Virus record (IMG/VR): IMGVR_UViG_3300006224_000008
Coordinates: 9,571-73,570 of that record
DNA length: 64,000 nucleotides
Strand: one strand, 5' to 3'
From: a virus
The notes below the pieces were generated by a model, which saw only the letters and a list, made by a program, of their open reading frames with translations, did no database searches and was not told where the DNA came from. A program made the position numbers and the translations under genes. Positions within the stretch are counted from its first letter, which is position 1; every line of letters starts with the position of its first letter. Shown in pieces: positions 48,677 to 58,057 of the stretch.

Positions 48677-48900
48677 TGTTCCACGTGGAACTCCCGGGCA
48701 CGTTTGAGCGCGTATATTGCACGAAAGATTTCGTCCAAGTCCAAAGGCCCAACCGGTAGTGGCCCACAGTTGTCTAGCATCCACAGAATGCCTCTGTTTG
48801 ACCTGACCCAACCATTGGGCGCCGCTGGAAGAAAGATTCCCCCGGTGGACAGCACCAGCGAAGCGCCGAGGATTTGTCTCAGGAAATACCGTCTCTTCAT
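48673..48900 (-). CDS. Small protein with a Tat-like N-terminus
   Basis: MKRRYFL followed by a hydrophobic stretch. Confidence 0.5.
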   Translation of the reverse strand: MKRRYFLRQILGASLVLSTGGIFLPAAPNGWVRSNRGILWMLDNCGPLPVGPLDLDEIFRAIYALKRAREFHVEQ

Positions 48901-49187
48901 CAGCCCCTTTCCAGTCCGCCGAACACCATGCCCTTTTCATTGGCGTAGCTCACGTAGATAGTGACCCCGTTGAAGAAGAGAACGCCGGGCTTGCATCGTG
49001 CCATGGCTCCCGCCTGCATGGCGTTTGGTGTCGGAGCTAGTGAATACATCGCCTCCAGACAGCCGCAGAAAGCTTCAAAGTCCTGGTGTCCCATGATACA
49101 GACGCACGGGAGAGGTTGACCAGAGGCCCGCTGTTCAGCGTATTGCCCCTGCTGAAACTCGGTAATGAGGTCACGCGCTTCGCTCAT
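48900..49187 (-). CDS. Hypothetical protein
   Basis: 95-aa coupled ORF. Confidence 0.55.
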   Translation of the reverse strand: MSEARDLITEFQQGQYAEQRASGQPLPCVCIMGHQDFEAFCGCLEAMYSLAPTPNAMQAGAMARCKPGVLFFNGVTIYVSYANEKGMVFGGLERG

Positions 49188-49389
49188 GAGGTTTGGACTT
49201 CACCTTCAACTGAACCGGTTGGCCGTCGATGGAGAATGTGACGGTGCTAACGTCGTCTTTAACGACGCGCAATAATCTGACCCACTGCGACAGGCCGAGG
49301 TGCACCACGTTACCGTCCCGTCGAACGCGTCTGAACGGCATCTGAAGCGCCTGCCCGTTTCCCAAATTAACGAGAATTGTGGTCGTCAC
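49171..49389 (-). CDS. Hypothetical protein
   Basis: 72-aa coupled ORF. Confidence 0.55.
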   Translation of the reverse strand: MTTTILVNLGNGQALQMPFRRVRRDGNVVHLGLSQWVRLLRVVKDDVSTVTFSIDGQPVQLKVKSKPHERSA

Positions 49390-50537
49390 AACTCCTCGAT
49401 GCTCCCCGCACTTTCTTTGGGCTCAATGAATCCATCCAGCGCCTTCCGAACCCATTCCTTCGCTGCCTTCTCTGATGACAGGTTCTTCTGCACTCGCACG
49501 AACTTCGCCAGATCCTCTTTGCCCATGGACAGACAGGCCCAAAGACCGTCCTCCTCGAATCCGTCGCCTTTCAGGAATTCGAATGCTTCCTTGACCAGCA
49601 CGATTGGATCCAGTGCCCGGCCCTTTCCGACTTTGAGTCCAAGGGCGGCGAGTTCTTCTGGTGGCATCTTCTTCAAGCGCGAGACAACGGCGTCCAGAAT
49701 CTTTTCCACGATGCTCTTGGATTGCCAGAGGCGCTTCAGGTCTGCGCCAACCATCCTGTCAACAGCCGCTTCGATGTCGGCCTTCTTCACTGCGCCATCG
49801 GCAATGACCGACGGCAGAAGCGAGTACGCGCCCGCGCTCCGGCAGTAGCTTTTGCCTGGGCAATAGTTGCAGTGCGGCCCGGGGATCAGCGGCGCGTCCT
49901 CCTGCTCCATCTGCCACAGGTGGTACATGATATGCCGGTCTGCGTTCTCCAGGTCGTTCAGAGTGTAATCGCAATAGTCCCCTGCGCCGACCTTCAACCG
50001 GGCCTTGCAGTGCGCCACACGGAGGCGCCGAATCTCGGGACGTTCTTTCCAGAGGCAAACGCCCTGCACGCGCAGTTGTGTCGAGCGCGGCGAAGGCACG
50101 AGTTTCTTCACCCAACCGCTCTTCAGATCCACGATCAACGCCGCATCCTGAGAACAGAAATGCCGGTCCAGTTTGGCACTGGTCAGCGGTTCGAGTGTGT
50201 CAGGGTGCCGGTACCATAGCCTTTCTTCGCGTGGCCCTTCCTCGCAATCGGGCAGGTTGTAATCCCGCATCCAGCCCTGGACGAGTTGGTCGAGGAACTT
50301 AAGACCCTGGTTGTAGACCTCCAGTTGTTCCTCGGACAACGGCAGCGTGTTACCGGTCTCGAAGGCTTGGTGGATCAGCGTGCCTTCGTCAGCGTCCGGC
50401 CCGGCCGGGGAAGACAATACCTCGGCGGGGAGGGTCGCACACAGCTTTTTCTTGCCGGGACAGGACCAGCCTGCGTTATCGCTGGCAGAGATTAGTCCCA
50501 GGCGTTCGTCGTCTTGGTCGAGGGGCTGTCGGTTCAT
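49386..50537 (-). CDS. Cas4-like PD-(D/E)XK exonuclease (DUF2800-like)
   Basis: CPG..EGTLIH..LD..VDLKSG..Q..Y/G and C-terminal PGPHCNYCP..C (Fe-S cysteines). Confidence 0.8.
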   Translation of the reverse strand: MNRQPLDQDDERLGLISASDNAGWSCPGKKKLCATLPAEVLSSPAGPDADEGTLIHQAFETGNTLPLSEEQLEVYNQGLKFLDQLVQGWMRDYNLPDCEEGPREERLWYRHPDTLEPLTSAKLDRHFCSQDAALIVDLKSGWVKKLVPSPRSTQLRVQGVCLWKERPEIRRLRVAHCKARLKVGAGDYCDYTLNDLENADRHIMYHLWQMEQEDAPLIPGPHCNYCPGKSYCRSAGAYSLLPSVIADGAVKKADIEAAVDRMVGADLKRLWQSKSIVEKILDAVVSRLKKMPPEELAALGLKVGKGRALDPIVLVKEAFEFLKGDGFEEDGLWACLSMGKEDLAKFVRVQKNLSSEKAAKEWVRKALDGFIEPKESAGSIEEL

Positions 50538-50538
50538 T

Positions 50539-50757
50539 TTAGATCTCGTATTCAGGTTCTTGGGCTACAAGGTCGTATGCCCTGTGGATGGCGCGGACGA
50601 GTTCATCAAGGGTAGCGCCTGAGTCCCGGAGGGAGACGTGCTCCCGGATCAGTCGTCGCTGCGTTTGAAAGGGCAGTCGGACGTGCAGATCGGCATGCGC
50701 CTGCAACGCATCGGTGATGCGCGCAGTGTCCGGATCCCGATAGGCCAGCAGATTCAT
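50539..50757 (-). CDS. Hypothetical protein
   Basis: 72-aa ORF within the operon. Confidence 0.5.
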   Translation of the reverse strand: MNLLAYRDPDTARITDALQAHADLHVRLPFQTQRRLIREHVSLRDSGATLDELVRAIHRAYDLVAQEPEYEI

Positions 50758-50775
50758 GGTTTGGTTTCGGGCGGT

Positions 50776-51687
50776 TCACGTTGACCCAAGCAGTATGCGA
50801 TTCGCTGGCGGGAGCCAGAATGGATACAAAGCCTGAAAACCGCACGCGCCCCTATGCCCGCCTCCACCGTACTTCACTGCAATGGCGGACAGGTCCAGAT
50901 CGGTGCGGTGGCGGGCATGGTAGAGACTCACAATCCATTCCTTGCCGTTGAAGAAGAAACCCATCAGCGCGTCATGCCCAGTCTCCGGCACATCCCTTGC
51001 CGCGAACGCCAGAGAGTTGCAACGTGCCGTGTTCAGGGCCAGGAACTTTAGCCCTTCAAACTCGATGATAAACGAACGCGTTGTGACAATGGAAGCGTCA
51101 ACGTTCTGCGCGTAACGCTGGGCAATCTCACCTTCTTTAACGAGGGCATCCGTGTACCCGGTGTTCTGTGACAGCAGCATATCCCATGCGATGTCCTTTT
51201 GAATGCGCAATCCATACTGGAACGTTTCTGCCCGCGGGTCGCTCCGGTCCCACACGTCGTACTCCCCGGCGAGTTGCACCGCGAGGGGTTCATCGACTTC
51301 GCATGCAAGATATTTCTCCTTGCGCGGCAATTCCTGGTCCTGTGGAACCGAATTTATTGTGAACCACTGCCACGCCAGACGGCACGCGGCCACGCCGTCG
51401 ATGCGATAGCCAACAAGGTCCGGTGGGTGCGACTTGATAGCGCTGGCGTGGTGATCGATCCACACCAGCCGCCGATGGTTCAGTAAGTAGATCAATGGCA
51501 TGGGCCAGCCAAAAGGTTTGTCAGTTGGCAGGTCCATAACGTAAACGTCACCCTCGGTCGGGATTGGAATTGGAGGATCTCCATAGTTCCACCCAATGAA
51601 CGTGGTGTCCTCTGGCAAAAACTTGCGGGCAATCTCACGGCAGAAAATGCCGTCGTAATCGGCGCTGTGGAAAATCACGGTTGTCAT
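50776..51687 (-). CDS. DHH/DHHA1 phosphoesterase
   Basis: DYDG, WIDHH and GGGGHRGACG motifs. Start at 51687. Confidence 0.9.
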   Translation of the reverse strand: MTTVIFHSADYDGIFCREIARKFLPEDTTFIGWNYGDPPIPIPTEGDVYVMDLPTDKPFGWPMPLIYLLNHRRLVWIDHHASAIKSHPPDLVGYRIDGVAACRLAWQWFTINSVPQDQELPRKEKYLACEVDEPLAVQLAGEYDVWDRSDPRAETFQYGLRIQKDIAWDMLLSQNTGYTDALVKEGEIAQRYAQNVDASIVTTRSFIIEFEGLKFLALNTARCNSLAFAARDVPETGHDALMGFFFNGKEWIVSLYHARHRTDLDLSAIAVKYGGGGHRGACGFQALYPFWLPPANRILLGST

Positions 51688-51751
51688 GGTGAGAGAAGGA
51701 GAATTGGGAAGCCCGGCCATTCCTAGGAGACCGGGCTCCCCTTGTTCATAG

Positions 51752-52055
51752 TACGCGAAAGGGTCAGAACTCAGTTGTTGGAGTCGATGTGCCTGATGCT
51801 GGCGATGCTGGTGATCATCGTTTCCTTGGGTTGTTCATTCCAAGGGTTTGTCTTCGGCTTAAGTTCAGCGAAAGTCCAGTTGGGTTTGATGTCCGCCCAC
51901 GACCACGCTTCTTTCCCGTCCACATGAAGATGGAATAGCGGTTTCTCTTTAGGCATTTCCGGGTGATCGAGTGATAATAGTAGCTTCTCGATTTCTGCCG
52001 CAATGCGCTGTTTTTCTGTTAGACTGAACATAAAGATACGCGAAAGGGTTAGAAC
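51752..52055. repeat. 19-bp direct repeat TACGCGAAAGGGTYAGAAC flanking one small ORF
   Basis: Copies at 51752-51770 and 52037-52055, with one mismatch. Confidence 0.85.
51771..52031 (-). CDS. Hypothetical protein (86 aa) between the direct repeats
   Basis: MFSLTEKQRIA..FHLHVDG..WSWADI..NPWNE. Confidence 0.65.
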   Translation of the reverse strand: MFSLTEKQRIAAEIEKLLLSLDHPEMPKEKPLFHLHVDGKEAWSWADIKPNWTFAELKPKTNPWNEQPKETMITSIASIRHIDSNN

Positions 52056-53335
52056 GCTGGTTGTTCCTTGATTTTCGGCAGGATATTCGGCCACGTCTTC
52101 AGCATCTGGTTGTACTTCGCCGTGCTTAGTTCAGTCAGCTTCCGCTGTTCCGGCTTGGCCAGCTTCACTTCATGCGCCCAGTTCATGACCTGGGGTTCGC
52201 TTACGCCGTTCTTGTGCATCATCAAGCGGACGTTTTGCAGCTCATCACTCTCGTTCGAGTTCGGCACGAATGGCGCAGCCGGTTCTGACTGTGTGGCAGG
52301 TTCAGCCGGTGCCGGTGTCGGGACTTGCATTGTTATTGTTGTCGTAGTTGTGGTCTGCGTTTGCGATGCTGGCGCAAGACCCGCGGCGGCTTCAGCTTCC
52401 TCGTCGGAGGGTTCGACCTTCTCTTTAGCGCTATTGTCCTGTGGCGCATTGGTGGATGGCTGCTGTGCTGGTGGTGTTGTGGATGTCACGACAGCGGGCG
52501 CCGTTTTTTTCGTCTCCTGAGTCGGCGGCTTCGGTTGTCCGGGAATCTCCGGGGCTTTGGTTGCGGGCCTCACGGGCGCAAAAATCTCCTCGATGGAACA
52601 CCCTTCCTGCCCGTCCTTGATGGCCGTAAACAGGCCAAAAAGAACCTCAAGATCCGAGAGTTCAATCTCTTCCACTGTTTTCTTCTCCACCTTAGCGAGT
52701 AGTTGTTCGGTGGTGACCCCGATCTTGCTGAACTTTTCGATGGCCCGGGCACGCCGTTGCACAAGAGATTTGGCCGTTCCGATGGCCACAGCTTTGGCCT
52801 GTTCGAACACAGGCTTGATTAGGGCCAGCGGGACGATCTTGTAAATAGCGTCGCGAAAGGCGATTGCACTGCAAGCGTTGGTAGCAAGATTGATGTCGTC
52901 CTCGTCGATGGCGAGTTTGCTCTTCTTTTTTGTGATACGGCGCCGTTTCTCCATGCTGACCGTGATGTTGTTCTCAAGGTCGGTAGCGATTGCCTGGACA
53001 ACCACGTGCGGGTTCTCACCGTTGACCACGGATTGAATGATACGCGAACCTGCCCGGAGATTGCCGTAGCACGATGCCGCAATCTCAGCCAGCCGGACGC
53101 TTGGTCCCTGGATTAACTTCCCGCCTCTGGGCAGAGAGTAGAAGCAGGACTCTGCGGTCTCTTCATCCAAAGTGGCGAAGCTCATCATCTTGGCCTTTAC
53201 TCGGGCCAGTTCGCGGGGGTATTTGCGTGCGGTAGCGATGGAAATGTCTACCTCTGCGCGGGTGACTGCCTCAACCGCTGATGGGGCGAGGACTTCGAGG
53301 GGCGCCTCACTACTGCCCATGCTTTGGTCGTTCAT
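52049..53335 (-). CDS. Putative phage recombination / ssDNA-annealing protein
   Basis: IATARKYPR..YSLPRGGK.I.GPSVRLAE..GN core plus a low-complexity linker. Near the exonuclease gene. Confidence 0.55.
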   Translation of the reverse strand: MNDQSMGSSEAPLEVLAPSAVEAVTRAEVDISIATARKYPRELARVKAKMMSFATLDEETAESCFYSLPRGGKLIQGPSVRLAEIAASCYGNLRAGSRIIQSVVNGENPHVVVQAIATDLENNITVSMEKRRRITKKKSKLAIDEDDINLATNACSAIAFRDAIYKIVPLALIKPVFEQAKAVAIGTAKSLVQRRARAIEKFSKIGVTTEQLLAKVEKKTVEEIELSDLEVLFGLFTAIKDGQEGCSIEEIFAPVRPATKAPEIPGQPKPPTQETKKTAPAVVTSTTPPAQQPSTNAPQDNSAKEKVEPSDEEAEAAAGLAPASQTQTTTTTTITMQVPTPAPAEPATQSEPAAPFVPNSNESDELQNVRLMMHKNGVSEPQVMNWAHEVKLAKPEQRKLTELSTAKYNQMLKTWPNILPKIKEQPAF

Positions 53336-53577
53336 GCCGGATTATTGTTGGATGTTGTTACTGGTGTTGATGTTGTTGCTTGTGTATTTCTGTCGTTTGG
53401 TGCTGATTCGGGGGGTGGCAGAAAAACTCCTGCTTTTTCGGCCAGCTTTTTGTGCATGGCGCGAATGCCTGCTTTGCCTGCTTTAGATTTCTGTTCTCGG
53501 GTGCCGCGTTTGCCGCCTTTGCGGCCCCACTGGACGAAATAAGCGCGGACTTCAGGTGGAAGATTGGATTTGTTCAT
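53332..53577 (-). CDS. Small basic protein (KGG-like)
   Basis: YF..GRKGGK..AGKAG. Confidence 0.55.
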   Translation of the reverse strand: MNKSNLPPEVRAYFVQWGRKGGKRGTREQKSKAGKAGIRAMHKKLAEKAGVFLPPPESAPNDRNTQATTSTPVTTSNNNPA

Positions 53578-53921
53578 TTAGTCCCTTGTTGGGTACGGAG
53601 GGTCGCGAGGGCGTCTCTACCTCTACTCCGTATGGCTTCTCTCTGAGACGCACTAAGATTTGCCCATCTGCGCTGCGCAGCAGCTTCATTTGGGGTTAAT
53701 CCGAGGAGTGGCAAAGCGTCTGCGTACTGGGATCCGATTCTGGCCCGTATCGTTTTTGCCAAGGTGCATTTTTGTTCTTTGTCGCCCGTATCGGCCAATC
53801 GTTCACCTTGCCTGGGATCCAGCGGGCAATGATTCACGGAGCAATGGTCCCAACGCGGGCATTCTTTGTAGGGTGTGACGTCAAGAACTGTGGCCACGAC
53901 CGCGATGCTACCAGAACCCAA
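53574..53921 (-). CDS. Cys-rich hypothetical protein (start uncertain)
   Basis: CPRWDHCSVNHCPLDP motif. Confidence 0.55.
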   Translation of the reverse strand: MGSGSIAVVATVLDVTPYKECPRWDHCSVNHCPLDPRQGERLADTGDKEQKCTLAKTIRARIGSQYADALPLLGLTPNEAAAQRRWANLSASQREAIRSRGRDALATLRTQQGTK

Positions 53922-54041
53922 CAGCCTGTCAATACATCAATCTGGTTGAGAGATTGCAGGACACCCAGCCAGGATCCCCGGGGGAAACCAAAGCCCCGGT
54001 GGCGGGTACCAGCCGCCAAGAGCCGGGTGCCCTGCACAAAG

Positions 54042-54236
54042 TTACTTCTGTTTTTCCCAGATCGCTTTGCTGTCCTCGGTCCGAACCCAACGGTAACCTT
54101 GGCAGATGGCTTTTTCGAGGAGTCTAGCCGGTTGGTCGCTGGCAAGGTAAGCATCCGGGTTTTCTTCTGCGTCATGCGCAAACATGGCGTAACAAATCTC
54201 TGCGTCGATGACGATGTAGTCGTAGTGAGGCGTCAT
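54042..54236 (-). CDS. Hypothetical protein
   Basis: 64 aa, ATGA-coupled. Confidence 0.55.
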   Translation of the reverse strand: MTPHYDYIVIDAEICYAMFAHDAEENPDAYLASDQPARLLEKAICQGYRWVRTEDSKAIWEKQK

Positions 54237-54724
54237 ATCGGCCTCTGTTTTGATTTGCCTACAGTCACACTGCCGTCGTTGACCAGCCGTTCAGTGAACC
54301 CAAACGGGAAACGGTATGCCGGATCCGAAACACACCAGAGCCAATACTGGTTGCTTGAGTCCACCAACCGGGACTCCGCCGGGTACAACTGCACTGCTTC
54401 GCACTCCGGCCCGACCAGTTGATTCTTGATCGCTTGAAAATCCCGCCAGTCATTACAGGGTTCCCTGTCGTTGCGTTTGATGCTGAGGACCACAAGGCCC
54501 TCCGGATGACGCCGGAAGCCGACTTGGTAAGTCTCGTTGCGCCATTGTTCCATGTCGCGCTCGCGGTCCACGAACTCACGGACCAGTTGTTCGATGGTTT
54601 CGTCGGTCGCGCCAGGAAAAGCGTTGCGAAACTCAGGTACGCCTTCACGCCATTTCTTTACGACATCGGCGCGGATAAGTTCGTACTCGGACTCGGGGAT
54701 GTATGCTTCTTCGAGTGGGTTCAT
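54233..54724 (-). CDS. Conserved phage hypothetical protein
   Basis: LSIKR.D..WRDFQAIKN..G.E.EAVQLYP..LVD..NQYWLW pattern. Confidence 0.75.
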   Translation of the reverse strand: MNPLEEAYIPESEYELIRADVVKKWREGVPEFRNAFPGATDETIEQLVREFVDRERDMEQWRNETYQVGFRRHPEGLVVLSIKRNDREPCNDWRDFQAIKNQLVGPECEAVQLYPAESRLVDSSNQYWLWCVSDPAYRFPFGFTERLVNDGSVTVGKSKQRPI

Positions 54725-54903
54725 TTCCTCAGTATCCTTCTCAATGCCCAGTCGGAGAACCGCCGGGCGGGTTTAAGCGTGCGGTTGGCTTTCCAGTGTT
54801 GGTAAGCCGCGCTAAGAATAATCAATGCGAAGTACGCCAGCAGCAGTATGACTACCTGCCACCAAAGCCACGTTAGAATGCGCCCAAAGCTCATAGCAAA
54901 CAT
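54721..54903 (-). CDS. Small membrane protein
   Basis: One long hydrophobic helix. Confidence 0.5.
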   Translation of the reverse strand: MFAMSFGRILTWLWWQVVILLLAYFALIILSAAYQHWKANRTLKPARRFSDWALRRILRK

Positions 54904-55064
54904 GGTTGTTCTTTGGTTAAACGTTGTGCGGCTTCCTCCCGGGCGCGCTCCCGCTCTTCAGCTTCACGCCGCAAGCGTTCCCCATCCTGGGTCTCCTCGG
55001 TCCTCAGGTTGAAAACGTTCTCCATCCCGCCGCCTTCCAATTCGTACTGTGGGGTTCTTTTCAT
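54891..55064 (-). CDS. Small charged protein (57 aa, below the track cutoff)
   Basis: Translated by hand: MKRTPQYEL..REEAAQRLTKEQPCLL. Fills the gap in the operon. Confidence 0.5.
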   Translation of the reverse strand: MKRTPQYELEGGGMENVFNLRTEETQDGERLRREAEERERAREEAAQRLTKEQPCLL

Positions 55065-55090
55065 TGTTCAACGTCCTCTTGAAGTCTGGC

Positions 55091-55390
55091 TTACAGGGCA
55101 CACAACCGTTTTACGCGATATGCGACCGCTGGCCCAGCTATCCTGCGCAACGTGTCCAAGTCCAATTCCTTGCCCCTCATTTCAGGAGATAGGTTCAATG
55201 GGATTTCGGTGACTGAGCGCGCCAAGGCCGCAAGCGCCAAGGGAAGAACACCGATTACATCGCGTCCTGTAATGTCTGCTGGCGTCGCATGTGCTATCAC
55301 CGAGACAGAGTCGTCCTTGATGATACCGCGTTCCTGCAACAATGCGACGAGCGCGGCATGACGCGTTACTACAACAGGTGGCAGTCTCAT
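55091..55390 (-). CDS. Csx16 (VVA1548-family)-like protein
   Basis: VTRH..HA...G.DVIGVLPLALAA..P..RGKEL pattern. Confidence 0.65.
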   Translation of the reverse strand: MRLPPVVVTRHAALVALLQERGIIKDDSVSVIAHATPADITGRDVIGVLPLALAALARSVTEIPLNLSPEMRGKELDLDTLRRIAGPAVAYRVKRLCAL

Positions 55391-55526
55391 TTTTGCCTCC
55401 ATACACAATGTCTTTTACCGTCTTGCCATTGCAGAAACCATCCGTGCCACTTCCTTTTTTCGATCGTCAATGGCCCGATAGTCCACCACTTAAAGTGCCC
55501 GTCCCAATTGTGATATTCGCCTCTAT

Positions 55527-55709
55527 TCATAGCATTTCCTGTGTTCCATCCTCGGCAATGTTGGGTTCTGTCAGGTCGTAGTATTTCACTCGTCGGTCCG
55601 CGTTGTTGACCATCGCCCAATCCACCAGCCGGACCTCGCCCTTTTTTGACCGTTCACACAACGCCAGCCATTCAGATGGCGTAAGCGTCTCGGCATGCAG
55701 TTTCCTCAT
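55527..55709 (-). CDS. Hypothetical protein
   Basis: 60-aa ORF within the operon. Confidence 0.4.
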   Translation of the reverse strand: MRKLHAETLTPSEWLALCERSKKGEVRLVDWAMVNNADRRVKYYDLTEPNIAEDGTQEML

Positions 55710-56217
55710 TCGACATTTTCAGTAGGCTTTCCATGGCCAACAGCGTGGCTTCCCTGTTCGGATCATAATTTGCCGCTTCCGGTACCGCGCTGGTATGGCA
55801 CCAGAGATAAAGGGGCGGAGGCTCGGCCAGCCACTTTAGGCCGCGCAGCTTCGCACCCTCCATCAAACCGCCGATTGAGAAATCAACGATCTCCTGCGTC
55901 TGCACCAAACCGCACCAGATATGGATCTCCGGCATCCCGCCCTCCGCTATCTGTGCCCGGCTTCGCGCTGAATCAGGAGACCACACAAAACCGTAATGCG
56001 TATCCCTTGTCCCATCGTCTAAAGCGTCCGGCACCATGCGCCACAGCATACTGCCTGCCTGGAGACAGGGGTACAGGCCAAAGCGCGTAAGCGTCATCAG
56101 AGTTACTTGTGCCCAGTAGAGACACGCTCCGTAAGGCAGCAACGGTTTGTCGCCGTGCAGCTCCTGAAAGAGTGCGTTGGCTTCCTGGTAGATTGCGAAC
56201 TTGTCCGGTCTAATCAT
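55672..56217 (-). CDS. Hypothetical protein, possibly transglutaminase/papain-like (C..H..D)
   Basis: GACLYW..QAGS..EIHIW..IVDFS. Confidence 0.6.
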   Translation of the reverse strand: MIRPDKFAIYQEANALFQELHGDKPLLPYGACLYWAQVTLMTLTRFGLYPCLQAGSMLWRMVPDALDDGTRDTHYGFVWSPDSARSRAQIAEGGMPEIHIWCGLVQTQEIVDFSIGGLMEGAKLRGLKWLAEPPPLYLWCHTSAVPEAANYDPNREATLLAMESLLKMSNEETACRDAYAI

Positions 56218-56240
56218 AAGTTATCGCAGAATGTGGTGAT

Positions 56241-56573
56241 TCAATTGCGGTTTTGTCGATCAGGATCCACCCATGCAAAGTGTTGTGGTCGCACTCCGGA
56301 ATCGTAGCCCGTTACGTGCTGAAAGACGTGCATGGCTTCAGAGGCACTGTAATGTTTTCTTGAAAGGATGACGACCTGATAGCCGTTACTGCCTGGGTCG
56401 GCCATGTCCCAGAAGTGCATACCAATATAGATGGACTTCTGGTCTCGCCACATCACGAATGCCCGGCGGGACCCTGGACGCGGCGCTAAACCTGTAAGTT
56501 GGTCGTGACGTATTAGAAGCGCTTTAGCCTCCGTCTGATCGTCAATGATGTTAAAGTGTTTGGGCATGGTCAC
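56241..56573 (-). CDS. Hypothetical protein, paralog of 56954-57289
   Basis: Shared DD..AKA.L..H, HF and NGY.VV.LS motifs. Confidence 0.65.
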   Translation of the reverse strand: MTMPKHFNIIDDQTEAKALLIRHDQLTGLAPRPGSRRAFVMWRDQKSIYIGMHFWDMADPGSNGYQVVILSRKHYSASEAMHVFQHVTGYDSGVRPQHFAWVDPDRQNRN

Positions 56574-56921
56574 TTAATCCTCCCTCAAATCGAACACGCG
56601 GCGCCGCCCGGCTGCCTGGGCGCTGAGATTCGGTTGTGTCATGCCCGGCACCGCAAGGCGCGGCAGGTTGCGGCGCACTGGCGCCACACTGACGATCTCA
56701 GCGTAGCGCACCGTTCTTGTTGCGTGCGTCTCCGCAAGCCCGGCCTCGTGGTCCCTCACGTGTTTGCAGGTGCGCTCTCCGGTCGCGGTCACTTTCCTTT
56801 TGAATTTCCAGCCGGGACACTCACAAGACGTGGTACCGTCTACGTAAACGAGAGTTTGATAAAACTTGTCCGGAGTGCTTTCGCTGCGGAACACGTACAC
56901 TATGGCGATCTCTTTTGGCAT
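56574..56921 (-). CDS. SWIM zinc-finger protein
   Basis: SCECPGW..TCKH. Confidence 0.8.
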   Translation of the reverse strand: MPKEIAIVYVFRSESTPDKFYQTLVYVDGTTSCECPGWKFKRKVTATGERTCKHVRDHEAGLAETHATRTVRYAEIVSVAPVRRNLPRLAVPGMTQPNLSAQAAGRRRVFDLRED

Positions 56922-56953
56922 GGTATTGGATCCTTTCCTCGCGCAGCAAAATC

Positions 56954-57289
56954 TCAGTTGTTCTCAGGGTCGCTCTTCACCCACTGACAGAAACAAGGGC
57001 CGTTACCTTGCGCATTGGCGAACGTCTTGAACCACTCCGCCGCCTCAAGTTTGGTGAACTCGGCTTGCGATAGCAGGACAACGGTGTACCCGTTGTCGCG
57101 GGCATCGGGATACCCGTAGAAGTGCGCCGCCATGATCCAATTCTGTGCATCCGACCAGAAGCAGAACACCCGGGGGTATCCTGCCACCGGCTGAAGCGCG
57201 ACGAGGCGATTGTGATAGGCAAGAAACGCTTTAGCGCGTGCGTCGTCCTCAATGAAGAGGACACCTTTTCGAGTTTGGGGTTGTGACAT
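56954..57289 (-). CDS. Hypothetical protein, paralog of 56241-56573
   Basis: Start placed after the AAAGGATC motif. Confidence 0.65.
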   Translation of the reverse strand: MSQPQTRKGVLFIEDDARAKAFLAYHNRLVALQPVAGYPRVFCFWSDAQNWIMAAHFYGYPDARDNGYTVVLLSQAEFTKLEAAEWFKTFANAQGNGPCFCQWVKSDPENN

Positions 57290-57302
57290 GGTATTGATCC
57301 TT

Positions 57303-57482
57303 TCAGGTTGTTTGTTTGCGTCTCGTGATGCGGACCCAGCGCTTGGCTTTCTTGTCCCAGCGCTTGCCGCGTGTGTCCACCCAACCATTGCACCATCCCT
57401 GCGATGTCCCAGACTGCCACCAGGGAGCTAGGCAATTCGCATCAATGGTGCGGCCGTAATGGTGTTCGTGATATTCTGGCAT
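57303..57482 (-). CDS. Small Trp/basic protein (59 aa, below the track cutoff)
   Basis: Translated by hand: MPEYHEHHYG..GKRWDKKAKRWVRITRRKQTT. The stop overlaps the next RBS. Confidence 0.45.
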   Translation of the reverse strand: MPEYHEHHYGRTIDANCLAPWWQSGTSQGWCNGWVDTRGKRWDKKAKRWVRITRRKQTT

Positions 57483-57611
57483 TGGGTGTGCGCCACTCTG
57501 GCGCCCGGTGCCCTCGCTTCCCGCCTCGCACTATGGCCCCGTCGGAGGTTCCCGACACTAGAAGAGCCAAGCCGCACGGCAAAGAAGCAAGGGCAATCGG
57601 CGCAAGACTGA

Positions 57612-57797
57612 CTAGCTCGCCTTCTGTGCCGGTGGCTCCGGCACTTCCACCGTGACCGTGATCGTGGTCGCCTCGTTCACGCCTTTGAGCGCTCGCGACA
57701 CGTACACATTCGTTACTGGCTGTTTGTCGTCGTCCGTAGCGAACCGGACACTGCCCTTGCAGTCTTTGTCTCTGCTCAATACCACTTTTGCTGTCAT
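57612..57797 (-). CDS. Small hypothetical protein
   Basis: AAAGGATC RBS, 61 aa. Confidence 0.65.
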   Translation of the reverse strand: MTAKVVLSRDKDCKGSVRFATDDDKQPVTNVYVSRALKGVNEATTITVTVEVPEPPAQKAS

Positions 57798-57841
57798 GAT
57801 GTTTTGGATCCTTTCTATTGTGTTGTTGTGTGTTGTTCTTC

Positions 57842-58057
57842 CTATCGCCTAAATGCTTTGCCTTTCTCGTAGCTGACAAACTCTTCCGCACTGGCCCGCT
57901 CCAATCTCATCCGCCAGTGAAGTCCACCGCAAGGACATAGAACCTTGTCGTCGTTATTGGTTCCTCCTATGATAATGGTGCGGTTGTGCGGGCACCTAAA
58001 GAAACCCGCGTCATAGATGCGTTTGGCAAACTCTTCGTCGCTAATGTTGGTCTTCAT
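57842..58057 (-). CDS. Small Cys/His protein
   Basis: CPH..DDKVLCPCG. Confidence 0.55.
   Translation of the reverse strand: MKTNISDEEFAKRIYDAGFFRCPHNRTIIIGGTNNDDKVLCPCGGLHWRMRLERASAEEFVSYEKGKAFRR

Noticed and set aside
51752-52055. Integron attC sites
   Set aside because: GTTAGAAC is only core-like. There is no matching attC palindrome and no integrase.
49386-55390. CRISPR-Cas locus (Cas4-like plus Csx16-like genes)
   Set aside because: No repeat-spacer array, cas1 or effector genes. The Cas4-like nuclease fits phage recombination.
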